From NCBI RefSeq assembly GCF_009834535.1, contig NC_045696.1:78184001-78248000 (forward strand): DNA of 64,000 nt. The letters run 5' to 3'. This stretch comes from Camelus ferus (Eukaryota). Below are positions 12,737 through 26,140 of the stretch, piece after piece (position 1 is the stretch's first letter; each line of letters begins with the position of its first letter). Position numbers and translations under genes: made by a program. The notes under the pieces were generated by a model. It saw only the letters and a program-made list of their open reading frames with translations. It was not told where the DNA came from and made no database searches.

Positions 12737-15164
12737 GCACTGGAGCTTTCTAGCTAGGGGTCTACTGAAAATAAAAAGACATGTTCAGAATGATGTTCAA
12801 TGGAGTTTTATAAGATGAATTTTACAAATGAAAGATAGACTTCTTATGAGTATCAAAAAGAAAAAGAGAAATTAACAGGTCAGAATAATAAGTGTCAGCC
12901 CTGTTACACCTCTTCTTGTGAAATTCATTCATATCTAAATCTTGATATTGAACTGCATTTCTCCTTGTATTCCCCATACCTGCTGTTCAATTTCCAAATG
13001 AACTGAAACAATAGGATGTTTTCCCAAGCTGCTGTGCAGTGATGAGAATATAGAAAAAAGCCTAACAGAAAATCTTGGCAGGTTTTAGAATTGCTCACTA
13101 GAAACACAAAAAGGGGGGAAAAGGATAAATTGGGGAAATAATACTAATCAAACGATCCTCTGATTATTTAAAGTAGTTGATCTTTAACTATCGACTATTA
13201 TTTCCTTTATTCTCAAGGTTGAAAAATTAGACAACTGTCCTCTTAATATATGAAAATCTTTAATTCACCCTATATTTGTCTTCTCAAAGGATGACTGAAA
13301 TTAATTATACTAGCAAGTTATTTCCTTTCCAATTACAGTATCTTAAATATAGTTATATTAATTTTCTAAATAGTTTTCCAAGATATTCCTGTGTTTATGT
13401 TTTGTTCTCCAAAAATAATATAAGGTTATCATTCAAGAGAGTAAATCCTGACAACCGTCTGTATTACCCAGCAGGGGGATGATTACAATCATAGACACAG
13501 ACACCCACAGAAAATCTATTCTATTCATGTCCTTGGTGATTACAAATATAAACTTACTGCTTAAAAAAGGAAAACACAAAGTATAAAGAATTAAACTGAT
13601 GACTTATAACTATACCTTACAACTTTTATTATTAATATTTTGCTTTTATTTCCATCTTTTTATGTTGCATATCCTTCATAATATTTATTTTAGAGTATAA
13701 ATATAGTACAAAAAGTTTTACATGATGATAGTTCAAATTACTGAATTTGAGTGAGTGTAATCAGCATAAGTGTAACAAGGTAAACAGTACTTAATATTAT
13801 TAGTATTATTTTCAGATAAGAGTCACTAAAAAGTCCAGTTAAGAATATAGCCTAACTGAAAGAAATGCAAATCTTTCTTTCTCTTCACTTTCTATTAATA
13901 CCATGGTCAACAACACAGTAGCAACAGGCCTGTCCTTGGCACAACCGCAGGAGTCATCCCATGGAACAAGCGAACATAGCTTATAATGTCTACAGCTGTC
14001 CCATGTAAGTCCTGAAAGTAAACCTTTCTATTATTCATGAATTCACTATGTCAAGTTCAGGAATATTTGGAAATTAGCACAGTTTATATTTTACAGAAAA
14101 AGGACAAGCTCCCAGAGTTCTCACTCATTCAAGATACCATTTAGATTGCCTGGGACACAATCTATGACCTCAACCAAAGTGATTTTTGTTTGGGAAGGGG
14201 AGGAGGGTGATGAAGTGAAAGAGAAATTATGTATATTTACCTTTCCTGAATGACATACCATGAAGCCCAGTAATGTGTTCACAAGGTGAGCAGTTTTATG
14301 TACACAATGTGGGTAAGAAAGTGCTCCAGCAATGGTCAACAGACCAACATTTCTGGAAATTTCCTTTACGGAAGACCAAGGTAAAAGTGATGGCCCCAGA
14401 ATTCCTCAGGCTGCTTTCAGTAATTTCAAGAAAGTGTGCTATTACTTCTTTCCTTGGATCTAGGTTAAGTGAAGACTTGTCTACCTCATATGTTCAGAAC
14501 ATTTAGCCACGATATCTTAACAAGATCCACAACTCACATTCAATTTTTGGGATGCTCACTAAGAGAAAGAAAAAAAAAGTGTTCCCTGAACAAGTTGAAT
14601 GTCCTTGGGGAAATTATTTAATCTCTTTCAATTTTGAGAAGTCTAGACCATCTATGAGATTTCAGTTGCAAACATTTATATTTTTATCTGTAGAATTTAG
14701 AAAATTTCATGAATTTATGTATTAAACACATTTTGCTTGATGAATTGCTCTGCTTAACAGCTGAGGGAAAAGTAGTTTTTATTTAATTGCAATAAAGCTC
14801 CCCATCAGGATATATTATTTACCTCTTCTCAGAAAATAAGTTAAAATTCTTCATTTGAAAGGAAAATATTTTCCTTTATCATTTCCTTTATCATATCTTT
14901 AAAAAATGGAATTATCCAGTTACCTTTGAAATGCCAGTTTGATAGGCTGATAAACTTAACAAGACAGCTCTAAATCAGTGAAACTACCAATACTGTGTGC
15001 AGTGAGTGAAACAGCTCAGCTGATCCAAGAACCAATAAAAGGAATTATGTCTGCTTTAAAATGCACTTTTCTTCCTTTAGCGTTATCAAATTAAGCCTAT
15101 ATCCTGCATAATCAGAATTTATTATAACATCTTTTTTCCTTAAATCAATCACGTCTTTATCTAG

Positions 15165-16115
15165 CCTATCTCCAATTCCTCCTTTCTAGTCTCTGTTACA
15201 TCTACTCTTGTCAGGCTTTTGTCACCCCTACTCCCCAGAAATTACTCTTGTTGTAATCATCAATAACTCTCACATCCCATACACACACTCCATACTGCTA
15301 CATCCAGTAGTCCATCACCAGACCTCTTTTCCTTATGCATAGCATTTTGACACAGTTTAACACTTCACCCTCTTTGACCTCCAAAACTCCCACTATCCTG
15401 GTTTTCCTCTTACCTCACTACCTCACTAGCAGCTCCTTCCAGGTCTCTGTGGCTGGTTCTGCCTCATCAACACTGTTGCAGTGCCTCAAAGCTCGGTCCA
15501 TACCTATCATCTCTCTTCAACCTGTTTAGCATTCTCAGCCAGCTAGTCTCATGATTTTAAGTGCCACTAACATTCAAACAACTCTAAAACTTTAATCTCC
15601 AAACTAGACTCGTTGAATTATACATTCAACATATGTTCTCCCATATCTAAAAGGTATCTCAAGCTCACCAGGTTCCAAATTCAAGCTTCTGCTCTTCTGC
15701 AAAGTCTGTGCTCCCTTTGGTTGTCCTCATTTCAGTTAGGAAATTTTCCATTCTTCCTGCCACTTTGACTAACAAACATACAATTCTTCTCTATTACTTT
15801 TTTTCTCTCACATCCCACATCAAATCCCTCCGAAAATTCTATTGATTTGACTTTCAAAGTATATGCAGGACCCAGCCTCCTCAGACCACTTCCACTGACG
15901 CCATAACACTACAAGCCCCCACCACCTACCACCTGGGCTAGAGCCAAGAGCCTTCCTACCCTCCTCTACTTTGCACTATTTTCAACAAAGCAGCAGAGCA
16001 GTCCTGTCAAAACACAGTTTGGATTATGTTCGCTCCTTTGCTCAATACTCCCCAATGTTTTCTCCCACATTCTCCGAGTAAAAATCAAATTCAATTTACA
16101 ATGACCCACAGTGCT
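15165..16115 (+). mobile_element. L2 LINE ORF2 (RT region) fragment
   Basis: tcaggcttttgtcacccctactccccagaaattactcttg (QSGFRPHHSTETAL-like), gcattttgacacagtt (AFDTV-like); pyrimidine-rich L2 body. Confidence 0.8.
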
Positions 16116-16121
16116 CTAACC

Positions 16122-16325
16122 TGTAACAGTTGTCCCAGTAGGGTAACTACTGACCACACGTGGCTATTCAAACTTCAACTGAAATTGAATAGAATTAAAA
16201 ATTCAGTTCTTCAGTCACAACAGCACATTTCAATGTTCAATGGCCACATGTGGCCGGTGGCTATCACGTGGTACAGCCCAGACAGAACATTTCCCCCACC
16301 ACTGAGACTTCTACTGGACGGTGCC
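16122..16325. mobile_element. hAT-Charlie MER3-like element
   Basis: ccacacgtggctattcaaa...aaaattcagttcttcagtcacaacagcacatttcaatgttcaatggccacatgtggccggtggcta...ttctactggacggtg. Confidence 0.85.
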
Positions 16326-16739
16326 ACCCTGTACAAACTACTACTTCTCATTATCTCATTGACGCACTAAACCCAAATCTGCAAGCTGAGGACTGGCCTC
16401 TAAGCTGAGTGATGTCTAAATACAAAGTTGCACAGCTTCTCCCTCTACTTCAACATACTGCCTATTACAACCTCTGATGTTGAAGTTTTATCCAATTTTA
16501 AATTCTGTATCAGACAGTAGCATTTCATAAATCTTCTCCTGTACACAACCCTCTCCCCAGTCAGCTGTAACCTCTTCATTCTCAGAACCTCCATACCATT
16601 CTGTCTGGATGTGTCATATGACACACACTCTTATTCTAGCTGTGTGATAATCATCTAAACATCTGTCTTAATCTCCTCCTAATAAGTAGCACACATTCTT
16701 GGTTAACTCATTTTTCCCCTCCTTTTCTTTCTTGCCCCA

Positions 16740-17130
16740 TTCCCAAAAGAGGCTAAAAAAAAGCCTGTCCTGCAGCTAGGAAAGGTCATGGGACAGAAAT
16801 CTGGCCAATGTGAAGCCTTGCTGAGGGATTCTGGGAAAACGTTCCTCTCCCTGACAAAAGTGATCGATGCAGCTGGTGCTGCCGTTCCTCACTATCCCTG
16901 CACAGATGCCTAGGTACACAGGACTTTCCTGTGACCGTGAGGTGGAAAGCGTAAGGGCAAAAAAAGTTAAGATGTCGAGGTTGGCAAACAGCATGCGACA
17001 ATGTGCTTGGGCCCCTGATGTCATCACTGAGCAGCTGAACCAACAACAGCAACCACCTGGCTCCAAACACCTTGTTTTGTTTGCCTGAGCCACTGTTAAC
17101 TGGATTCTCTGTTACTTGAAGCTAAAGACA
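16740..17130 (+). mobile_element. MaLR LTR (MLT1J/K-like)
   Basis: gtcatgggacagaaatctggccaatg...ttctgggaaaacgttcctctccctga...cctgatgtcatcactgagcagctgaacc...ttctctgttacttgaagctaaa. Confidence 0.75.
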
Positions 17131-17479
17131 GAATCAACTCATGGACTGTAAGGTTTAACTATGCCCTAATCATTTCAATACTTTTCACTGAATTCAGCAG
17201 AGACCCACACACAGAGAAATGTCTATTACATGTTTATAACTGCATGGAACTGAGTTAGATTTTTTCACTTAAACACACAGACACAAACACAGTACAGAAA
17301 GGGATGGGCAAAAACAACATAGATTCTGAAATCTGATTTAGAGAGTAACTTTGGTGGTTACTCTCATGTTCTTTTCACTTACCTTCACTGGAAAATAATA
17401 CCCTTTTATCAGAAAAAAGATCACACCATTAGACAAAAAACCAACAAACAAAAAATGTGTAATATATAGTCTTTACTCT

Positions 17480-17875
17480 TAAGAAACTTACAATTTGGTA
17501 GAAGAAAACATAACCAATAACCAAGAATGTTTAAGTGTTCAGTACTATATAATGTCAGAGCACAAGATTCAGTATGTTCAATGCTGTTTGACAGAAAACT
17601 GGTAAGGGTTGGAAAGAATTCAGAGGAAATGCTTGACCAGACACGCAGACAAGGGCATCTGAGGCAGAGGCAGCTGCTTCAGCCAAGGACACAGGGACAG
17701 TAAAAAGTAGGGTGCATCTGGACAACAGCAGGTAGCCCAGCTGAAGGCCATGGTAGAAACAGAAAGTCAGAAATAGAAAAAGGAGCCAGGTCATGCTCTG
17801 AAGCCACGGTCAGGAAATTGGGCATGTTTCTACAAGCAACAAGGAACAACAGTGTTATCAGGATCAATGTCAAGA
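17480..17875 (-). mobile_element. L2 fragment
   Basis: Purine-rich strand with ggagccaggtcatg...gccacggtcaggaaattgggcatgtttctacaagcaa. Confidence 0.55.
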
Positions 17876-19579
17876 ACTCTCATTACTGGGGCAGATCACC
17901 CAACAGTTTGTGCACAGGCACTGTGCCGAGCCCTGGGAACCTGAAAAGGTTTCATGACAGAAATCATGACTGGGACCACTGCCCTAATATCTGCTAGCAT
18001 CGACATCCATAAGCGTGCACACCAGTCCTGAACTGCATTAGTCATGGGCAACGTTCAGAAGTCCTAGCATCTTATAATCAACAAATACGTTCATATTCCA
18101 GGTTCTTCTCCTAGTTTAAGAGCTTCTCCACATGATTTTTGTCCTTCCTACTTTAAATACTTAAAAAGTCATTTTTAAAAATATCCATACAAATTTTTCT
18201 CTACTTGAGTATTACAAAAAGGGGAGGGGGGCAGGGTCATGGAGGAAAATAATAAAGAGAAAGCTCCTTGTGCCAAATGCTAGACCCCAGAGGGAAGCAG
18301 GCCAAACTGAACAGGAGACTCCCAACTTAAAGCCAGGTATTACTAGATTACAATTTCCAACAGTTCTCAAGGAGTGATGTGCAAAGCTTTTTCATTTCTA
18401 TATTTTTTTGTCTAATAATATGCCAACTAGCTTTCTTCTTGAAGCCTTCTAAACAAAATTTGCTGCTATTTCATATTTGATGTCTCACCACAACTTTCAA
18501 TAGCATTTAAAAGAAAGCTAAGACCTCGGCATAAAAAGCCATGCTTGGTTCACAGTCAAGTGAAATCCAGGAATCTCATCCAGTATCCATACAATCAAAT
18601 TTTTCCACTGCATAAATCAACCCATCACATATCCTTGTCACTTTTGATTGCAGTGACCAAGTGGCAATCAACGAGGGTGCAGAATGGGCATGTTTCTGTC
18701 CTGAGGCAATCATGAACACAAGTTTGTATCAGCACAGTCATACATGACAAAAAGTCTTTTGTAAAAGTGGATTCACAAGGTGTGTTCTGCCTCTTCACTA
18801 ACTCCTCTAACAATACAAAGCTGAGTTTAATCAACTACCAATTCAAGACAGCATCATTATTTTTTATTCTTATTTCCTTTCAACTACTGCAACGTATCAC
18901 CATTGTAGTAATAAGGAAAGAAAGAAATGCAGAAATCACAGACAGGAGAATGAAACCAGTGAATAGTAGTAGGGGCTTGTCCTATTTTCTAGGCTGAGAG
19001 TCTTTTCCAAATACTGGCCCCTATTCTGAAAAAGAGTGAGGAGAAGATTACTTTCCAGTTAAGATGAAAAGTCATATGAAACTGTGGCTGGAGGGCAAGC
19101 CCGGGAAAGCCAACCCTGTATCTGGGCTTGTCCCGCCTCAAGGCTCTGTGGTCCAAGCCTAGCATGGGGTGGGTTCTCAAGTCATTAAATACAAGATACA
19201 AACAATAGGCAAAATTGGGATGTTGATGAAAATGTAGGTTTGAATTTTCATTAGATGTTGGAACCACATAGACCCTGCACGGAGCAACAACTGTTTCCAC
19301 CCAGTCTCATAAAAGGTGTCCCTCAGCTTTCTGAACCAAGATGTATTTTCCGTAGGTACAGCTGCAACCACCAGAGTCCTCTAATCAAAGTGTTGTTTCT
19401 TCCCTGTCCAGAACAGGTTGCCAAGATTAAGTTCCTGATTTTCTCCCTATCTATCAGCTTGCCCGAAGCTCAGGTTATGAACCTTCTTACTCCGTAGTTC
19501 GTAGGCCAAGACGTAACCAGGGACAGCAGTAAGGTCAGCTTGAATGTTTAATCAGAAAGTTGCATACATGTCCATTCTC

Positions 19580-20217
19580 TGTTAGAGTCCAAGGTTAAAG
19601 AACCAAAGACAAATTAGTATATAAGCAGAGTGACTTAGACAGGAGGGCAGGGGCAGGGCACAACCATTAAAAGAATGACACAGCAAATGAAGATACAGCA
19701 TGGACTGGTTAGAAACAACTCAGCCAAAGATGGCAGAGGGTTTGACTTTCAGTGGACCTTGAGCCTCATTTTATGTTCACTGTAATATATTTGCATGCTA
19801 AATGACACACCCACCAGTGCCGACAGTTCTGAGGCTGGATATAAAAGGCCAAAAAGTGGGCAGTAGCCCAATTCCTGGAAATCCCTGCCCCTTCCCCAAA
19901 ATAGCTGGAATAATCCCTAGCATATGAAATTACCCAGCCCATAAAAATTAACCACCCCACACCTCATGGCCGATCTCACTATCTGAGATGACCTCATGCT
20001 CTGGGACTGCCTCTCTCACCTCTGAGATGGCCCACGTTCTGTCTAAGGAACATGTATCTCCTAAGGCCTCTCTTGACTTGTGAGATGGCCCACACTCTGA
20101 ATATGGAGTGTGTACCTCCCTGAAGAAATCTACTTTAACTTTCCTATGGCTCACTCTTGGATTTTCCTGCTTGAGACAAGAACCTATTCTCCCAAAACAT
20201 GTTGACCAACTCTAACA
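19580..20217 (+). mobile_element. ERV1 solo LTR, MER41-like
   Basis: Begins TGTTAGAGT and ends ACTCTAACA (9-bp inverted termini). The internal gacacacccaccagtgccgacagtt...aattcctggaaatccctgccccttcc...gaataatccctagcatatg...cataaaaa is collinear with the MER41 LTR as I recall it. Confidence 0.75.
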
Positions 20218-21289
20218 CACCTGCATATCTGTGTGAGCATTTAGCCAGAGATTCACAGTCAGTCTTAGGCAAACCTCTCTTCCTTGTGCTATGTGAACAG
20301 GTTCAAACTTATTACTTAAGTCATGATCAGAAAAAATATCAACCTACACTGGAAGAAATTAATTCTTAATAACATGTGAGAATGTTGGATACCACACAAA
20401 AGGTCAAGACAAAAAAGGGGACTATCAGAAAGACAAGGGATGGCCACAACTCCATCAATAATTCTTTAGTGAATTAAGGTATAGCTTTATTAAAGAATTA
20501 TGAATCAAGGCACCTTTGTTAGACAATTGATTTTTTTTTATTAGCCCAGATTAGTCTTGCTCTATTTGAAGACCAACTTTTTTAAGTTACATCTATGACA
20601 GCTAAATAAGAGTGTGAACAGTTTTATCCATTAGTTGAATTAGTTTTTGTTTGAAATTTCCAGAGAAAAAGGTCAAGAGTCAAAGGATTATCACACAGGT
20701 GTTGAAAGGATACACTTTTCAACCTGTTGTGTTACAATCATGTAGACATTGCTTATGTGAACTGAATTGAAAATAACAGCCTTTTTATTGCAAGACCATT
20801 ATAACACACAATTATTAAAATTGATTAATACTTAGGCCAATGCAATTTCATTATCTCTGATTGATTTCAAGCATTACTTTTTAATGGTCTTCACTCTTGT
20901 CATTTCAGTTAGAACTGCATGAACATTAGCTTAGTGGAACAACACACAGTTCTTTTTTTTTTTTTTTTAATAAGATTAAGCTCTCTGCTTAAACAACAGG
21001 TCCCAAATGAGTAAACTACTAAAGATAGAAGACCAGATGCTTCTACAAATACTGTTTAGATTTGTTCTGATAGATTTTTATGCTTTTAATGCCAGAAAAA
21101 AACTGCATTGACCAGGGGTTGTAATTACATTGCCGTCCATAGCATTATTTAAAATAAGCACCCAGGAAACAGTTGTTATGTGACTGCATGGAAAAAAAAA
21201 AGAAAAAAAAATATTATCTGACCTAAAATCATCTTTTCCTCTGAGGAAGGAAAGTACAATCTGGAAGAACCAGGCTCTTTACTTGTCAA

Positions 21290-22075
21290 CAGCCAAGGCA
21301 GCAAATCTCAGGATGCTACCTCTACAATATCATCAAAGCCCATTCTGTGCCTCAGTTTCCATGGACTTTGTTTCGATTCAACCTTCAACAGCAGTGAAAG
21401 CAATAATTTGAATTATTGCAACAACTTCCTACCTCTTCACCCTCGTTTAACTTTTCTCTTGTATAATCTATTCTCAGTATTGTTTCCTGTTGTTTTAAAA
21501 TACAATCTATCATTAAGTGACTTCTCAACTGTCAGGTTGAAAATAAAGCAAAACAAAACCATTTTAAGATGGCATAAAGAAAAGATCCTTCATAACCTGA
21601 CTGTGACCAGTATCTGTATCTGTCTCTCCCTTCTTCCCTCCTCTCACATCCCATCTCTCCCCAGCTTTCTCACCGGTTTTCTCAAAGCCTGTCCCCTCCA
21701 CATCTGCTACACTTCAGCCACATTGAACTAAAGGCCATTTCCAACTACTCCATAGAAGTCTGCAACTTTCTATCTTCTATCTTGAATTTTCTTTGTCCCT
21801 TTCTCTGCCTGGAAAACTCCTTTCCCTTTGTGAAGCTATCCCTGTTCTTTAAGAGCTTGTTTATGTTCTTAACTAGATATTTCCATAATTCTTGGTTATG
21901 TCACACTTTCTTTAAATTATATCATTTCATCAACATTCTCCTCTTCTACTTCCTAAGAGTCTGAGTTTTTTAAAACCAGGAAGCCTAATTTATGTATTTT
22001 TAAATTTTCTGTGCCCCAATCTCTCCTGCACTGTAAACACATGCTTAATAATGTCCACTGAATAAATGTGTGAGT
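21290..22075 (+). mobile_element. L2 3' fragment (degenerate)
   Basis: gaattattgcaacaacttcct...aagatccttcataacctga...ctctgcctggaaaactccttt...cttaataatgtccactgaataaatg. Confidence 0.6.
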
Positions 22076-24569
22076 ACAATTTAGGAATTTGGGTTTATTA
22101 TTCAATTGATACAAAATATATTCCAATTATGGCTATCCTTAAGTGTTATAACATACAATGATTTAATTTCTTGATAGCTACTGACCAGCACATCTCAGCC
22201 CCAGAAGTAAAAATTAAACCATATTAAGAACATACTTTACAAAACTGATTATATTCCTGTACCTGGGCTATAACCTTGAATCAAAGAATCCACAGGAAGA
22301 ATCAATATCATCAAAGCAGTAATCTTAGGAGATAAATGGGCAGCTGGTGTCATCCCCCATTCGTCATGATATTGTTATAGCAGAGACAGTGCACAACAGT
22401 AATCTACCCTGACAGTGCTCGCTGATCCAGAACCCTACCGCCGATTTTTATAACTTGCATTTTAAAAAATGCATTAGAAACTTTGATTTAGACATTATAG
22501 AGTACTGAGTAAAAGAGACAACCGAGTAAGTCATGGTGCTTGTGTGTGGCACCTCTGTGCTGTACGCTGACCAGCCTTTTCACAATTTGGTGGTTTGTTC
22601 ACCACTTCCTCCACGCTGTTGTCACTAAAGCGCATCGTTCGGTGATTATAAAGTGGTAATTCACTGCTGCTCCCAAGGCTAGTTTTATTATTTTTTATGC
22701 CTTATTTAAGTATTTATCTTGTTGTTGATCCAAGCCCCACTATGACAACTCATTACTGAGACACGAAACAGTTAGGCAATTCATTTTAGTTCTGTGATCT
22801 CCACAGCCACTATCAAAACTTGGGAGGACAATTTGAGCTATTCAGAATGTTGAAATTCCTAAATCTGACTTGGGAGAAGCAAAGCAAGCAAGCATCTTAG
22901 CAAAGCATTAATATCCATTATTGCTCCCTCACTTAAAGACCCTGAAATTCTCACAACCCACATGCCTAGCAAATACCTTCTAAGTGGATCATTTAAAAAA
23001 TCAAAATACTGAAGAAATGTATATCTGCTGCCTGAAAGTATGTATTTTATTTTATGCTCTTTTACATATACTTTTTTGTAGAATTTGTATGAAAAGTAAT
23101 TAAGACAAACATGTTAACTGTTATTTGCAAATGTTCAGAGTTTTACTTGTAAAAATGTTTTATTAGAATCTTTTTATTTAAACAAAAACAAAGCCAAGTT
23201 TGTATGCTAATCACCATGTGTCTTGAGTAGATTTTGGTACCAATATGTCAAGAAACTATACTTAATTTTTGTGACATCTATAACAGAGCTTGATTGGTGG
23301 GGGTAGGGGGAACTCACAGGCATAACAAATAGGATGCAAATACTCAGTAAATAAGCTTTTGCTTGTTGGTCTCCTTAGGTTATCAGAGACCAGGCAAGCT
23401 CTGAAAAGAGCTTCAATTCTGTATGTAGGAATCAGAGTTAATTTCAAGAACTAATAGAGAAATAGGCATGTCTTTCTGAAAATGTTAATTGTAATATGTA
23501 ATCGATACAATGACAGTCTAAGTAAATTGACAGAAATAGATGTATTCTACTATTTAGTCAATGACATTTTAACATCTTTAGTTTTCATTTAAAATCAAGT
23601 TTATAGATGCCTTAGGTTCAAAAATCCATTTTAGTTTACTAGAAAAGATTAGGAAAGGACACAGATCAGCTAAAATTGTTAAAAAGAAGGGACAACTACT
23701 AAAAGTTCTCTTCTGGTTTGAATGGGCTAAAATGAATTACTATGGCCAGTACGTGTCTTCTTAGAAATTTTCTTACTGATTATATATCATCATTAGCCTA
23801 AGCCTCCTGCCTGACACAACATAATGAATAATATCACAATCTTCTCAAATTTTTGACATAATTATTCATTCTCAGAATTTCTAAATCCCAATGTATTATT
23901 GCTACATTCCAACCATGGCTAAAGGGTTCAGGTTTCAGAGCATCTCCTAGAAAGTCACTTAGTTCTAACAACCTGCTTTCCTGTTTCTAATTGCCACATG
24001 ATTAGTAATGCCTCACCAGAGTATCAGAAAGCACAGCCAGTTAGTTTTTCAATGCCCGAAGTAATTCTCAGAAGAGAGAGTAACACTTCTGTGTTCAGTA
24101 TACATTTAGAAAATAAACATGCATGAAGGATAGTGAAAGATAAGCTAGTTAGATTCACTTCGGTCTGATAATACCATGTGGCCCACAGACTAAAGAGGCT
24201 ACTCTGTCAAAATTCTATTTCCAACTATTCGTATCCTTATCCCCTCTGGGCTGCTCCAGGTTTTCTTTCAGCTTTGGTTTGATTTATCAGTTTATTTCTA
24301 CACTGAAGCTAAATAAAAGCAGTCCTGGCGATTTCACTATTCCTCTACTGGGAATTCTCTTTCTCCTGATGGCACTTTGTCTGTGTCTGTATTACTTACA
24401 ATGATGACAGTCCACTTCGACTACTGGGACAGACTTTTCTCTTTATCCTTCATGAGGAATTCAAGCTCTTTGAAATCAGAGACTACATTATCTTCCTCTG
24501 GGAATTCCACTCCTACCACCTACGTATGGCATGAAGCTGAGATTTAATATATCTAAGTAATTCACTAAG

Positions 24570-25070
24570 ACCTGATGAGATGAAACTTGGATTCTTCAAA
24601 TGCTCACATTTCTGCACTTCCTATGAACAGAGGCACAGACTGCCTTTGCTCAGAATGGTCTTTCCAAGAGCATGCATATAACAAACAGCCTTGGAAGATA
24701 GAGATAGTGCTTTCCCCAAAAAGATCAGGTTTCTTTACAGACTGGAAGAGATGAATATAGTGTCCCCCTTGCAGGCATTTTTATTCTCCAGTATAAAAGA
24801 TTTGGGATCCCTAAATCGAACGTTCCTCTTCTATAATGCAACCACTGCATGTTCCGGTGTCAACCAGCTCTCTTCATCACCCTGTGGGAAGTGGGGCTCA
24901 AAGAACTCATGAAAACATAATTCTTAGGCTGGTTGCTGTGCTATAATAAACAATCTTTCATCTCTAACCCAGGGGTCTCGTGTCTTCTGCAAGTATTCAT
25001 GAAACGATGACAGACTAATGTGTTATCTTGGTAGCTCAGTAAAATCTCAGACCTTTCACAGATTCTTGGT
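24570..25070 (+). mobile_element. ERVL LTR (MER77/MER68-like)
   Basis: aaacagccttggaagatagagatagtg...gtataaaagatttggg...aataaac...caggggtctcgtgtcttctgc...gtaaaatctcagacctttcacag. Strand is assigned from the TATA and AATAAA positions. Confidence 0.7.
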
Positions 25071-25954
25071 AAGAGTAACTGATATAGACGCTTTAGTCTC
25101 TAAGCCTGAGAATTTAAGTTTGAGTCAAAATTGGGCAGTAGATATAAAATCAAATTTGTATATTATGACTCTCGTTTTAACACTTGTCTTTGTGTGCTCC
25201 ACCAACACATCTCTCACTGACTACACATTTAATAAATACTAAGTGTCTACAGTAAAAGTGGCATCTGCAACCATCTCTGCACTACCCTTCTTGTTTCCAG
25301 TCTCTCCGTCTCTAACCTGTGCTTCAGAGAGTGATCTTCTGAAAGGCATGTTTGGTCTGATAATTCTCCTACTCAAAACCCTTTGATGATTTCTCACTGT
25401 ATCAGAACCAACTTCTAGCCATCAACTTCGCTCCAAAGCTCTTCATGAAATTATCCTAACTTACTTCTCAAGCCTTTGCAGTATGATTTAAGAAGCATAG
25501 ACTGCTGCTTCTTAGCGGCCTACTGCTGTCATGATAGAGGAGTGTGCTTTTTCAATAGGGAGGTTGGATTTTTCCTCAGTATGTATTGAAAACTAAGATA
25601 CTTTAGTTTTTTTGTAAAGTAGAACAAAGGTCATATTTACAAATATAATCATGTACTTGGTACAAAAAGTAGCATTTTGCCTGGCACTGAAATTCTTAAA
25701 TGACTGTTTAGGAAAATACTTGGAATATCCAAGGTGAGACTGCAGTGGCATGACTTGGCAAAAGACTACAGAAAAAATTAACATGAACTTGGAAAGAGGA
25801 GAAAAGTTGAGAGAAGAGGGAAGGGGCATAGAAGAGACATGGGCTGGGCCACATTTTAAGAAGCCATCCTATGAACGATGATAATCAATGAGAAATTACC
25901 ACTGGGGCATGACTGAAGACCTTTTACTAACAAAAATAACAACAAAGACAATTA

Positions 25955-26140
25955 ATAGCAAATGATATTGTTTCTTACATGCTAAGCCCTAGGTAGTTTT
26001 TACATTTTTATCTACCTATATGAATGTGGGGCTATTATTACCTATATGTAAGAAAACTATGATTGCAATTTTAAGAAATTTCTCAAGATCATACAGCTGG
26101 ATAAAGCAGAGCTGGGATTTGATCCCACGTAGACTGATCC
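25955..26140 (-). mobile_element. MIR SINE
   Basis: tttctcaagatcatacagctgg...agcagagctgggatttgatccc. Confidence 0.65.

Noticed and set aside
17377..17460. 5-nt micro-exon on the minus strand (tattattttccag TGAAG gtaagt)
   Set aside because: Not frame-preserving, lies in what looks like an old L1 3' relic, and is plausible by chance; no independent support.
19980..20100. CRISPR-like repeat-spacer pattern
   Set aside because: Only three degenerate copies with irregular spacing, inside a retroviral LTR in mammalian DNA; no cas genes.
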